Both the position numbers and the translations under genes were made by a program. A model generated the notes under the pieces. That model ran no database searches. It had not been told where the DNA came from and saw only the letters and a program-made list of their open reading frames with translations. Shown here piece by piece: positions 49,466 to 62,040 of a DNA stretch of 64,000 nt. Each line of letters begins with the position of its first letter. Within the stretch, counting starts at the first letter, position 1. The stretch comes from Felis catus (taxonomy: Eukaryota). The stretch is from contig NC_058368.1 of assembly GCF_018350175.1 (NCBI RefSeq), positions 238,268,001 to 238,332,000 of the forward strand, written 5' to 3'.

Positions 49466-52400
49466 AAGAAATTGAGCCACGGGCATTAGCCCTCAAATGT
49501 TTGTCTTCCAAAATGATTTCCCACGAGTTCTCTTAACGTAACATATCATTCTCTTGGTAAAGAGAAGAAAATAACGTCACCAGCGGTTAGGTCCCCCCTC
49601 TGAGGCAGGAGAAAGGGTGCTGAGATCGGGGGGCCCTGGGACCCCTGTGTGGACAGCAGGTGCCTGGGGCAAGGGGCCTGTGGCTAGTGGCCACTGCCCC
49701 CAGCGTGCTGGGCACACCCCTGCCACCCTGCGCACCCAGACAGGGGTGCCATAGCACAGGGCGTGGGGCCCTGGGACCAGCACACAGCCCCCGGAGATGC
49801 CTCCTTCCCCTTCCAGCACACGGCACTGGTCACGCCCCCCAGACTGCCTGTCACCTTTGCCAGCTTCCCTCCCGCACCCTGCACCGGAGAGAGCCCCCCC
49901 TTTCACGTGAGAGGTTCCGGCCTGTGAGGGGCTGGTCCCCATCTCTGAGTCTGCAGACCCGGCAGGACGGGCGACCCGGAGTGAGTGTTCCCCAGCTGCC
50001 CGGGCACAGCCCACGCTGCCGGCCAGGTTTAAACCACACCCGCTGTGCTCTGAACTCCCATTTACAATCAGCCGCGAGGGAAGAAAGGACATTCGCGGCA
50101 ACACCAGGGTAGGTCAAAGGTGCCGCTAGCACGTCTCTAGTCCTTCCGCAGCTTCTGCAGAGTCGCGCTCGGTCAGGCCAGGCCGGCTTGTGTTGGGGCC
50201 GCGGGGCCTCCGGCCGCCTGCCGCAGGGGCGTCTCCCTGTGGTGCCACCCCGGGGGCGCTGGCTTAGGGAGTGGCCCCCCCGGCTTTTCCCAGCACGTGG
50301 CCGCCCTTGGCTGAGGCGCAGCCCGTGCCTCCCGCGCACACTGACCCCACCGGCAGCGGCCCGGGACCTCGCTGCCCGCATCCCAGGGCTCCACGGGGCC
50401 CCGCGGCGAAAACCAGTGTTTCCAGCCCCTGTGTTCCGAAGCTCCCAGGGGACCTTCCTTTGCAGTGTCCTCATTTACACACCCGTAACAGCTGAGCAAC
50501 ATTTGGCTTTGCAGACGCACGGCCTGGAGTGAGAGAGTGAGCATTCCTCCGGACAGCTCGGAATCAGGGAGTCTGCTCTGCACGGCACGCCACGGGGTGT
50601 AAACGGGGGCCACCTGCATCGTTTCCCATCGACAGCGAGGACCATGCAGAGGAAACCTGCTAAGACTGTTCGCAAACACGTAGATAGAGTGTGCATCCCC
50701 GATCACCGATTAAGCATGCTTACGGACCATCGATGCCCGTCACTTCCCTCGGAAACTCCGGAGAGATCCACGGGAAGGAAATCTTTCTTACTGGCCATCT
50801 TATCAACATGGGCCCAGTCAAACTGCACCACGCGGAATGTGCTGGAACCCACTTGCACGTGCCTGGGAAAGGGGCCTGTGCGAGAAACAGGATGTCCTGT
50901 TTTTCTAGAAACGGCCGGCCTCACTTAGCGCCTGGCCTTCGCTTCTGGCTGGCAACAGAGGGGGCTCCGCCTGTTCACTTTATTTCTGCAGACTTGGGGG
51001 CGGGTATTTGGGGGTTCGTGTGCAGGTGTCTCCGAGACCACTGTCTTTGTGGAATTTATACATCAAACAAACGCCATGTACCTGCCAGCTGAGCCAAAAC
51101 AGCGGAAAACTGGCACAGCCCTGGACGTACTTTCCTCCTCTCCTCTAACCGCCTGTGTGGGCATGCGTCTCCAAACCTAAATCATTTCATTTTGAGTCAG
51201 CGAGCAGCAAGCAGGCATCCCGCCGTCCATGGCCAGGCTGAAGCTCCTTGCAAGACAAAGCACAGAGAAGGGCAGCTGACCGCCTGGGTCCACGTGCCCC
51301 GGCGTGGCTTCCCTGAGGGCTGGTCAGAGCAGGTCCCGAGAGCACGAGGCAGAGACAGGACCTATGGGCACTGAACTCTCACAAGCCGGGGTGCTTTCTC
51401 TCAGAAAGCAAACAAAAACCTCCCTTTTGGAATTGGTACAGAAACACACAAGAATGTGCACCTGCTTCTAGGCTCTTAAAGGGACCCACGACAGTGAGAG
51501 GGTCCTGTCTCCACAGCAGCGGCGTGCACAGATCTGTGCAGTGTGGTTTGTACAAGCACGGGGTTCGAGTGCGTCCTGTTTACTGTTGTGAGGTCAGGAC
51601 CCAGTCCACACGAACTGTGGTGATTCGATGATGCTCATCAAGGCCCCAGAGGAGGCGCGGCTCCCGTGGCCAAGCCACGCTTCGCGGGGAGAGCCAGGAC
51701 GCGGCTCCCAGAGCAGCACGCGTCGAAACGGAACGGGGCTCGCGTGGAAGGGTTCCCAGGCCAGAAACACTCGCCTGTCTCCGTGAGCAACATTGCCCCT
51801 GCTTGGTCCAACTCACGACCAGAGTGTGCGAAGCATTCGAGGGGTCCGGCGTGCTCAGAGTGAAAAGCCACAGAAAGGCGGGTCCCGCTGCCCCTGCTGA
51901 GGGCAAGTCAGGGGATCTTAACCGAAGGGGCCCCACAGGGCTCCCCAGAGGGGGCTGCTTTGTCTGTAACCCTCTGGAGAAGGACACAGCCAGGTCCCTA
52001 AATCGTGGGCACAGCCCCACTCATGGTCTCCCTCACCTCCGAGCATCAGAGTGCAGCTGGGGGCTCCCTGCCCCTCCCCGGCTGCTGTGTGGACAGGAGA
52101 GGGCCTTTGTTTTCCCCCCCGCATTGGCCAGCATTCCACTTTCCCAAGCCTCCGACACACCTTCGGGATCAAAGAAATCTGATGTCCATCAGCCCGTCAT
52201 CCAGTCCCGCGGATTTGATGTGCTTTTAGATCCCGTATCAGCCTCTGGATTCGGGCTTCTCACTCGGTTCCACGCTGCAGAGCTCAGAGCCACGGTGCCG
52301 GCTTGCCTCACCCAGGAGAGCCCAGAGCGTGGCAGTGGGAATAAGCACATCCGTGCACTCCCGAGGGGCGTGAGCCCGCCCTGCCGCACAAGCGTCTCTG

Positions 52401-52479
52401 AGTGGCCGTGGATGCTTTTAGCTGCTGCAGTCACAGAGCCTACTGGAGGGCCGGCGGTGGGACCCCGTGGCAGATACTA

Positions 52480-52860
52480 ATAGCAACAGACTACTTTCAT
52501 TTCTCAAGCCCATTTCAAATTAATAAGAATGTCCCTCTTCTGTTTTTCATCCACAAAGAGACTCCCTTTGCATATTCATTTAATGTTAAATTGATGGATT
52601 AAATTATACCAAGCTCAAAATCAATCCCGCACATATCCATTAGAATGGACTGAATCCCCCCGTGGGGACAGAGCACAGAAAACGCATTCAGAGACACTGA
52701 TAAGTCCAGGCCCATTATATGTCATTTTAAACAAAGAGCAAAAAAAAGCCCTTTGGAGACGCTCTATCAGCTATTAAACAGAGACACCGCATGCACAGGG
52801 AGATTGATGGTTAGCATTTCCATCCTCCAAATGGTTCTCCCCGGGCTGATGATTACAGGG
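52480..52860. promoter_or_regulatory. AT-rich island, candidate conserved enhancer
   Basis: tttgcatat (POU-like, 52567), TGATGGAT (PBX-HOX, 52592), aaatcaat, gattgatgg and several TAAT cores. Confidence 0.55.
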
Positions 52861-53616
52861 AACTGCTTCTCCGTGTCTCTGTCACAGTTCACAGGCAAAC
52901 AGACGCCTGAGTGCTGAGCTCTGCCTTTGTCTTCCCAAGGCGCAGTCAGCTAACAGGTGCCAGGCAAGGACCTCCCACTCTGCACCCGCTTAGCAAGGAG
53001 ATACACACAGCGTGTGGGAGAATCTTGTCTTTCCATCTCGGGAGGCACCGCGCAGAACATGCGGATCAGCGGCCGCCTGCCCCGACGGCCCAGGACGGGC
53101 ATGCTCAGGCTGCGGGCAGAGCGAGGGGACCACGGTCAGTGTCACGGCGGTGGGGGGGGGGGTGGCTCTCGGGACTTCAGAGGCCAGAGGGACACCCCCG
53201 CTTCTATTCGGAGACACTGATTCTGAGTCTAGCTCTAGCGGTGAAAACACTCCGGCATCTCGTCACCTCGTCCGTGTTCCCCATTTGGAATCCACCACCG
53301 TTGTCTTCCCAGACTCTCCCGCCCGCAGCTGAACACAACGCAAGAGAGCCAGTCGGGACTGGGACGCGTCACGGTGGCGTGGAGGAGGCAAAGGAAACCA
53401 GGACGTCTCCGTCTCCCCCATGCTTTCCACGCGGCCCCCACCAGATTCCGGTGCCTCTCCACGAACACAGGGTTTTCGCCATCGGGTGATGCCACTGATT
53501 GGCCGCAAGCAATGCTCTCCATCAGGAGAAGTCGATATATCTAGAATAAGGTATATTTTTAAAAACATCATTGGGACTTTTACTCCCAAGTGAGATGTAG
53601 TAAATATCAGCAGGGT

Positions 53617-53743
53617 GGGGCGCCTGGGGGCTCAGTCAGTTAAGCATCTGACTTCTGCTCAGGTCATGATCTGACGGTTTGTGAGTTCAAGCCCTGCGTC
53701 AGACTCTGTGCTGACAGCTCAGGGCCTGGAGCCTGCTTCAGAT

Positions 53744-53795
<52 letters not shown>

Positions 53796-53904
53796 TGTCT
53801 CTCTCTCTCAATCTCTCTCTCTCTCTCTGCCCCTCATCTGCTCAAACTCTGTCTCTCTCTCTCTCTCAAAAATAAGTAAAAACACTAAAAAAAATTTTTT
53901 TTTT
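53617..53904 (+). mobile_element. CAN-SINE with expanded (CT)n and TSD
   Basis: TSD aatatcagcagggt / aatataagcagggt. Confidence 0.95.
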
Positions 53905-54515
53905 AATATAAGCAGGGTACATATCACTATAAATCTAGAAGGAAAAAAAGCTGGACTAACTGACAAAAGTCAGATTTAAAGATTTTAGAGAGCAGTAGAA
54001 GCACTTAGAAGCAGATGAACTAGAACTTCAGTGCTAGGCCAGACAGGTAAAATGAAATTCCCTGTATTTGCACAGCACTTAGGAGAAAAAGTCGCAGTAA
54101 AGTGGGGGACTGCAACTAACATGGCAGCTCTCCTTTTTATAATGTTCCCCAGATTTCGAGATCCAAGGAATCTAGATGACACAAGGAGCACTGAGTGGCT
54201 GTCCTGACATGCCCAGGACATGTCCTGAAATGTCCAAGCCCATTTCCAGTTAATTCCCAGCTGCATGGATGCAACCAGCCTTTACCCTATTTGCCTCATA
54301 TGAAAGCGGATGAACCGCCTGCAGGAGAAGTAACATCCAATTTAGACTTGGTCGTTCTTTTCACCATGTGGTCCAGCACACAATCAAATTTTGTGACAAA
54401 TGTAGAGAAGCAGAAAAAAATAATAAAAAATTAATAGATATAATAAAAAATAGAAACATATTTACAGATTATTCATATTTGGAAGTTATTAAACAAAAAC
54501 TTAAAAATAACTCTA

Positions 54516-54727
54516 GGGGCGCCTGGGTGGCTCAGTCGGTTGAGTGTCCGACTTCAGCTCAGGTCACGATCTCGTGGTTCGTGAGTTTGAGCCCCACACC
54601 GGGCTCTGTGCTGACAGCTCAATCTGGGGCCTGCTTCGGATTCTGTGTCTCCCTCTCTCTCTGCCCCTCCCCTGCTCCCTCCCTCTCTCTCTCTCTCTCT
54701 CAAAAATAAACATTAAAAAATTTTTTT
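54516..54727 (+). mobile_element. CAN-SINE with TSD
   Basis: TSD aaataactcta at 54505-54515 and 54728-54738. Confidence 0.97.
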
Positions 54728-55182
54728 AAATAACTCTAATAAATATAATAAAGCAAACAGCCAAATAGATAATATGAGTTAGATACAGGATATTTCAACA
54801 GAAAATAGGAATCTATACAAAAGTATCTAGTTGGCATTCTACAAATGAAAGCTGAAATATCTGAATTTAAGAATTAATTAGGAGGGCTTGATAATAGACT
54901 GAATATAGTTAAATACACGATTAATTTAATTAAAAGACAGGTCAATAAAAAATACCATAACTTAAACTTGAGACAAGAAATAACGAACAGAGCAGAGTAT
55001 AAAGGACAGTAAAGTGTGTTAAAATGGCTACTTATCAAGTAATCCCAATTCACATGGAGAAAGGGACAGAATGGAATTGTATTTAAAGGTACAGTGGTTG
55101 AGATTTTTTCAAAACGAATGATACCAACATACAGATACAAGAAATCCCATGAACATAAATATAATAAGTAAAAAGAAACCCT

Positions 55183-55320
55183 GGGTGCCTGGCTGGGTGA
55201 GCTGGTGGAACATGCAAGCTTGATCCTGGGGTTGTAAGTTCGAGCCCCACATTTGGGTGTAGAGATCACTTAAAGATAAAAATCTTAAAAAAAAAAAAAA
55301 AGAGAGAGAGAGAAAGAAAA
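55183..55320 (+). mobile_element. Short-type CAN-SINE (SINEC2-like)
   Basis: gggtgcctggctgg...gttgtaagttcgagccccac...gggtgtagagatcacttaaa followed by poly-A. Confidence 0.9.
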
Positions 55321-55369
55321 GAAAAAGAGAAAATCAAATCTGGACACATTACAGTCAAACTATTGAAAA

Positions 55370-55422
55370 ACACTATATACTAACTAATTTGGATGTAAGT
55401 TGTAACAAATAAAATTAAAAAA
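55370..55422 (+). mobile_element. Extremely 5'-truncated carnivore L1 3' terminus with TSD
   Basis: acactatatactaactaatttggatgtaa...aataaaattaaaaaa between aaactattgaaaa and aaactgttgaaaa. Confidence 0.75.
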
Positions 55423-56239
55423 AAACTGTTGAAAACCAAATACAAAGGAAAAAAATCTAAAAATCAGCCAGGGAAAACTGACATGGTACTTTCAAAGAAG
55501 AAAAATAAGACCGATGAATGACTTTTCACCCCAAACTATGGAAGTCACGGAACAATGGAATGCCATCTATTTAAGTCCTGAATGGAAACAAGAAAAATGA
55601 CCTATAATTCCATACCCAACAAAATATTCTTTAAATAGTGGAGGCAAAATAAATATGTGGTCATACAAAAAATTTCAGAAAACTCATCTCCTACAGACGT
55701 GTATTACAAAGCGTAATAAAGCAAACTTCGGGGCTGAAGGAAAGGAAAGGGATTATGAAAATACGTGAAGCAATGAAGGGCACCAGAAAGGATACATTTC
55801 AGGGTAGGAATCGACCGTTTACAGCAACAACAGTAAAGACATTTTGCAGTGTTTCTAACAAAGGAGGAAGTAAAATGCAACACCAATGGCAAAAAAGCAA
55901 GAGGGGAAACATGATAGAGATCTTTCGTGAGATTCCTCAATTGCTGAGGAAGTTGTAAAAGTACTAATTTACAGTAATCTTTTATTAATCAACTATACAT
56001 ATTTTAAACCATTGGGAAATGAAAATTATATAACCATAAAGTCAGTAGAGGAGGGGAGGGAAAGGAAGTAATAAAATACTTGCTTAATACAAAAGCAGGA
56101 AAGAAGGAACAAAGAACAGACAGCATGAACAGAAAGCAAATCACAAAATAGTAGACAAACCACCCAACTATGAATGTAGTTAAATTAAATATGAATGGAC
56201 TAAATATTTCAATTATGACAAAGTTTGTCAAACTGATTT

Positions 56240-56460
56240 TAAAAAACTTTTAATGCTTTTATTTATTTTTGAGAGAGAGAGAAAGACAGAGCATGAACAG
56301 GAGAGGGGCAGAGAGAGAGAGAGGGAGACAGAATCCCAAGCAGGCTCCAGGCTCCGAGCTGTCAGCACGGAGCCCGATGTGGAGCTTGAACTCACGAACC
56401 GCAAGATCATGACCTGAGCTAAAGTCGGCCGCTTAATCGACTGAGCCACCCAGGCGTCCC
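56240..56460 (-). mobile_element. CAN-SINE
   Basis: Reverse-complement head gggacgcctgggtggctcagtcgattaagcgg with (GA)n body. Confidence 0.97.
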
Positions 56461-56662
56461 TATCAGACTGTTCTTTTTAAAAGAAAAAAATCCCAATATG
56501 TGCTCTTTATAAGGGACATATCGTAAATACGATAACATAGATGGGTTGAAGTAAAACTCTGGGGAATAAGAAACACTAAAAAAAGGAAAGGCACGGAGAC
56601 TATATTAGTATATGATTAAAATACGATCTAAGGTAAAAGTTATTGTTAGAAGTAAAGGGAGA

Positions 56663-56870
56663 GGGGCACCTGGGTGCCTCAGTCAGTTGAGCGTCCAACT
56701 TTGGCTCAGGTCATGATCCTGTAGTCTGTGAGTTTGAGCCCTGTGTCAGGCTCTGTGCCGACAGCTCAGAGCCCAGAGCCTGCTTCAGATTCTGTGTCTC
56801 CCTCTCTCTCTGCCCCTCCCCTGCTCTCTCTCTCTCTCTTTCAAAAACTGAATAAACATTTAAAAAAAAC
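56663..56870 (+). mobile_element. CAN-SINE with TSD
   Basis: TSD aagtaaagggaga / aagtaaaaggaga. Confidence 0.95.
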
Positions 56871-57752
56871 TTAGGAGAAAGTAAAAGGAGATATTTCATA
56901 ATAATAAATGAGGATGTAACAGGAAGATATTAAAAAAAACCTTAACGTGTATGCATAGATTAAAATATGAAAAGAAAATACACAAATAAAGAAATAGACT
57001 AATCTACAATCATGGGTAGAAGTTTTAAGGCATATGTCTCAATAACGTATTGGAAAAAAAGACCAATAATCAGTGAAAGTGCAGATTATAAATACACAAC
57101 TAGCCAAGAACACAGCACATATATTGAACATTTTACCCAATGACTTCAGAATATAGATTTTGTAAGCAGTGTAAACGGGACAAGTGCTCAGACTGACCAC
57201 ATCTGGCCATTAAGTAAGTCTCAAGCTGTATTTACAAACTGAATGCACACAGAGTATGTTCTCTGCTTGGTATAAGTAAACCAGGAATCCTAACAGTAAC
57301 ATACGGGTCAAAAGAGAAATCACGATGAAAATTAGAACATCTTTTCAATTGAAAGATCATTTTAAAAAGACACGTTGGCGTTTGAGATGCAGCAAAAATA
57401 CTACCTAAAAAATGTACTTAAGTTTTAAATACGTGTATTGAAAAACAGGAAAGAGTCAGAATCCATGATCTAAGATTCTTCCCAATAAAACTAGGGAAAA
57501 AACCTGAACAATAAGCCTAAGAAAATAATAGAAGAAAGCGAATAATAAAATGAGTGGTACAGATCAATGACACAGAAAACAGATATGCAACAAGAAAAAA
57601 GAAAAGTCAAAAATTGATTCTATAAAAAGATTTACAAAATAAAACTTATAAAGAGTGGACAAGAAAGAAGAAATCACAAATTAGAAAGCTTGAAAGGGAA
57701 AAAAACTGTATCACTATGGACCCTACAGACTTTAAGAAGGTAGCATAAAGAC

Positions 57753-57981
57753 GGGGCGCCTGGGTGGCGCAGTCGGTTAAGCGTCCGACTTCAGCCAGGT
57801 CACGATCTCGCGGTCCGTGAGTTCGAGCCCCGCGTCGGGCTCTGGGCTGACGGCTCGGAGCCTGGAGCCTGTTTCCGATTCTGTGTCTCCCTCTCTCTCT
57901 GCCCCTCCCCCGTTCATGCTCTGTCTCTCTCTGTCCCAAAAATAAATAAACGTTGAAAAAAAAAGTTAAAAAAAAAAAAAA
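57753..57981 (+). mobile_element. Young feline CAN-SINE (SINEC_Fc-like) with TSD
   Basis: Intact CpGs, head ggggcgcctgggtggcgcagtcggttaagcgtccgacttcagccagg, long poly-A, TSD aagaaggtagcataaaga / aagaagttagcataaaga. Confidence 0.98.
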
Positions 57982-58803
57982 AAGAAGTTAGCATAAAGAT
58001 ATTATGAACAAGTTTCGACCACTAATTTTGCAGCTTAGAAGTAAATAGATTGCTTCAAATCACTAACCAAAAGAGACAGACAACATAGAAAATACCAAAA
58101 GACTTCTATCTATCAAAGGTGTTCAACAGTTATTTTTCTTTAACAGAATTACTCCAGATCCAGATAACGTCACTGGTAAATTCCTCCAAACAACCTGGAC
58201 AGAAATAATAACATAATATACGAACTTCTGCAGAGAATACAGACCGACAAAAACATTTCCAACCCATTTAATGAAGCCGGGACGATCTGAATACCATACC
58301 CTGACAAAGACTAATACAAGAAAAGGAAACCTGAAAGACCAGTATGCCTCATAAACAAGTTATTAGCAAATCAAATCCAGCAAAGTACAAAGGATATACC
58401 AAGAAGGATCGATCTAACAGCAACATTGAATGTTAACACACCATGATCAAGAGGTTACCAGAAACGTAAGATGTTTAACACTGAAGATTCAACTAACTTG
58501 ATTCACCATATTAGCACACTAGAAAAGAGAAAACAGATTACCGTTTTGCTAAGAAAATAAAAGGCATTTGACAAAATTCTCCTTAAGTTCAGAAACAAGG
58601 CAAAGACATTTATCCTCAACACTTGTATTCAACATTATGTATTATTGTTCAAACAACCACTAGAAAGTATAGGTGAACTTAGGATACAAGGTCAAAATAC
58701 AGAATCAACTGTGTTTTTATATGCTAGCAGCAATTAGAAAATAAAATTTTTAAATTTCCATTTATAAAGCATCAAAAATCCCCAAAATACTAGGAATGTG
58801 TCT

Positions 58804-59083
58804 ATTTTATTTTATTTTATTTTAATTTTATTTTATTTTATTTTATTTTATTTTATTTTATTTTATTTTTATTTTTTTTTAACGTTTATTCATCTTTGAG
58901 AGACAGAGAGAGACAGAGCATGGGCGGGGAACGGCCAGAGAGAGGGAGACACAGAACCCAAAGCAGGCTCCGGGCTCCGAGCTGTCAGCACAGAGCCCGA
59001 CGCGGGGCTTGAACTCACGGACCGCGAGATCGTGACCTGAGCCGAAGTCGGAGGCTCAACCGACTGAGCCACCCAGGCACTCC
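58804..59083 (-). mobile_element. CAN-SINE with (TTTTA)n tail and TSD
   Basis: TSD ggaatgtgtct / ggtatgtgtct. Confidence 0.97.
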
Positions 59084-59260
59084 GGTATGTGTCTTTTTTA
59101 ATGTGCAGAACTTCCACATTGTAAACTATAAAACATTTCTGAGACAAATTCAAGGAGACTCAAACAAATGGAGAGATAAGGAATATTTTAGATAGGAAAT
59201 TCAACATAACGAAGATGTGAGTCTCCCCAAATATATCCATATTTTAAATACAACCCTTTC

Positions 59261-59415
59261 GGGGGTGCCTTGCCGGCTCTATCAGTTAAGCGTCTGACTC
59301 TTGATCTCAGCGCAGATCTTGATCTCAGGGTCGTGAGTTCAAGCCCCACATTGGGCTCCACGCTGGGCATGAAGCCTACTTAAAAACAAAAAGATACATA
59401 CATACATACATACAT
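59261..59415 (+). mobile_element. Short-type CAN-SINE with (TACA)n tail
   Basis: tgactcttgatctcag...gtcgtgagttcaagccccac...agcctacttaaaa. Confidence 0.9.
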
Positions 59416-61084
59416 ACCCTCTTAAAATTCCAGCAGTCTTCTTTGTAGAAATTGACTGGCTAATTATAAAACTTATATTTAAAAGGGCAAAGAACTTAGA
59501 GGAGCCAAAGTACTGAAAAAGACCGGAGTCCCAGGACTGCACTGCCTGCCTTCAAGACTTACCGAAGCCCACGGTAATCAAGGAAGTGTGGTGCGGGCAC
59601 AGAATAGCAAGTAGTTGAAGGAAGCTGGGGAAAGACACAGAAATAGCCCTACATTTCCTTGTACATTTGAGTTTTGACAAAGGACTAAAGCAATCTCACG
59701 GGGAAATAAAAGACTTTTCAACACATGGTTCAGGAACAATTGTATATCCACACACACACAAAACGAACTCAGCCTGGCCTCACAGCATACACAGAAATTA
59801 ACTCAAGGTGCATCACAGACCTAAATGTAAAAGTGAAAGCCATAAAGCTTCTAGAAGACAGCATGGAATGCCTTCACATCCTGGGGACAGGCAAAGTACA
59901 GGAAGCAATAACCATTAAAAATGGATAGTTAGATGTAATCCAAACCTCAACTTTCAAATGAAGAGTCAACCTGGATTTTGGGAGGAAATGTTCACTACGT
60001 ATATTTGACGATGAGTCGACATTCAGAATGTATAAAGAACAAACGGCATCTGCAGCTTGTAAACAAAGACCACAATGAACATGCCACCCAGTTAAACATC
60101 TGCATCACTGAAGCGTATATGAACGGATAACAAGTCAGTGTCACTACTCATCAAGGAGGTGCAAATTCAAACCACAACCAGTCCCCCTTCGGAATGGCTA
60201 AAACAAAAAAGTCCAACAATACCGAACATTCGTGAGGTTGGAGAGCAAAGGAAATGGCAGGAAAGTAGACTGGTACAATCGTTTTGGAAATGTCAGACCA
60301 CATCTTATAAAAAAAACCGACAACGACCCTGTGACCCTGGAACGCACTCGGAGGTATTCACCAAAGAACAGTGACAGCACATATCCACAAAAGGATGTGT
60401 CCACGAGTGTTTGTGGTAGCTTCACTCATGAGGGCAACAAGTTACACGTAGCCTCGGTGTCCAGCAACGGGAGAATGGGTCAACAGATTAATACACTAGG
60501 ACAAGAAATACTACCGGGCAACAAAAGTAATGAGTCACCAACAGACACAACCCCACAGATGCACATCAGACACATGACCTCAAATGACAGTGGCCAAACA
60601 CAAAAAGCACACGCCGAAGGATGCTATCTAAGTCGATCTGCAGCACAACTTGAACCGTCCTATAGAGAAAACAAACCCCAACACTATAACTTGGGGCCCG
60701 TAGGGGGTGGTACTGATTGGAGGGGGAATGGAAGAATCCCCTGTGGTGGAGACAGGATTCTGACTCGTGACACAGGCCTGTTTTGTGCAGACATATGCAT
60801 CTGTCAAAAATGACTACATGTGCACTCAAAAATTGTGCATTTGACTCAAAACAAAACCGGACACGTAAATATTTGACTGTACTTAGTTATATACACACCG
60901 AGATATTTAAGAATCCTTCGAAACACATCAAGATTTACAATAAACTGATAGGTGGGATAAAGAGATGGAAACACATGTGATAGACCAAACACAGAAAAAT
61001 ACCCTAGGCAGTGAGTGCTCATTATACAACTCTTTCTATTTTTTATGTTTGAAAATGTTTATAATAAAACGTTAGGAATATAAA

Positions 61085-61247
61085 CAAAAGTTTTCATATT
61101 AATAAAATAAAGGGGAAATGATGTAATCAAGCCAACAGATGCAGAAAAATAAAACTCAATACTAGTTCATGTTTCAAACGCCTAGCAAACTAGGAATACA
61201 AAGAGAGCACTTCATTAATTAAAGAGCACCTTACACACACACACGCG

Positions 61248-61282
<35 letters not shown>

Positions 61283-62040
61283 TACAGCAGCTAACGTCAG
61301 CCTTAATGGTGAAATATTGAACAGTTTCCCCCTGAGGTCAGGAACAGACAAGAATGTGCTCTCACTACTTCCATTAAAAAATTGCTCTATGGGCCCTCTC
61401 CAGAACAATAAAAGAAAGCACAAATTTAAATTAAAAAATACATATATAAATGTAAAGTTGGAACGTAGCAAAATTGACATCGCTCACATGTTTATGTACA
61501 TAAAAAAAATCTAAAACAGTCTACAATATTAGAATTAAATTTGCAAGACCACTGGATACAAGGCCAACATAGAAAATTCAGTTAGGAATATTTCTATATG
61601 CTACCAACAAAATCACTGGAAAATGAAATTAAAACAATACCAATAGCATCAAAATATATGGCGTATGTGCAAAACCTATTCATTTAAAACGAAACACTGC
61701 TGAGAGGCATTAAAGATGACCTAAATAAATGGAATCATATAACACAGTTACAGACCGCAAAATGAAAAAAAAGTTAAGATATTAATTTTTCCCTATATTT
61801 CTCTATATACTGAATGGAATTTCCGTCAGAATCCAACAAATTCTTTTGTAGAAACCGACAAACTGATTCTATACTTTATGTGGAAATGCGAAACATCTGG
61901 AAAATCATGGCCATCTTAAAGAAAATGGAGAAAGTTGGAGGTCTTGAGCTACTCGATTCAGAGACTTCCTACAAAGCTACAATAGTTAATTCAGGTACTG
62001 GCAGGAAGATGGGTATATAGTCCAATGGGACACAGAGAGA
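61085..62040 (+). mobile_element. Second ancient L1 ORF2 (RT to C-terminal) fragment
   Basis: agatgcagaaaaa, ttaatggtgaaatattgaacagtttccccctgaggtcaggaaca (FPLRSGT), taaagatgacctaaataaatgg, aagttggagg. Confidence 0.85.
61233..61282. repeat. (CA)n(CG)n(CA)n microsatellite
   Basis: Perfect 50-bp purine-pyrimidine alternation with a central CG run. Confidence 0.97.

Larger units (their letters stand above)
53575..61080 (+). mobile_element. Near full-length ancient L1 (L1MC/MD/ME class), decayed, with nested insertions
   Basis: 5' terminus-like gacttttactcccaagtgagatgtagtaa, then ORF1-like (about 54740-55750), ORF2 EN/RT-like (about 56150-60250) and 3' UTR-like (about 60250-61080) segments in the expected order; A-rich plus strand. 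Confidence 0.85.

Noticed and set aside
48853..49536. Cys/Val-rich and His/Thr-rich ORFs
   Set aside because: Translations of the CA/TG microsatellite.
57753..57830. tRNA-like A/B boxes
   Set aside because: These are heads of tRNA-derived CAN-SINEs, not tRNA genes.
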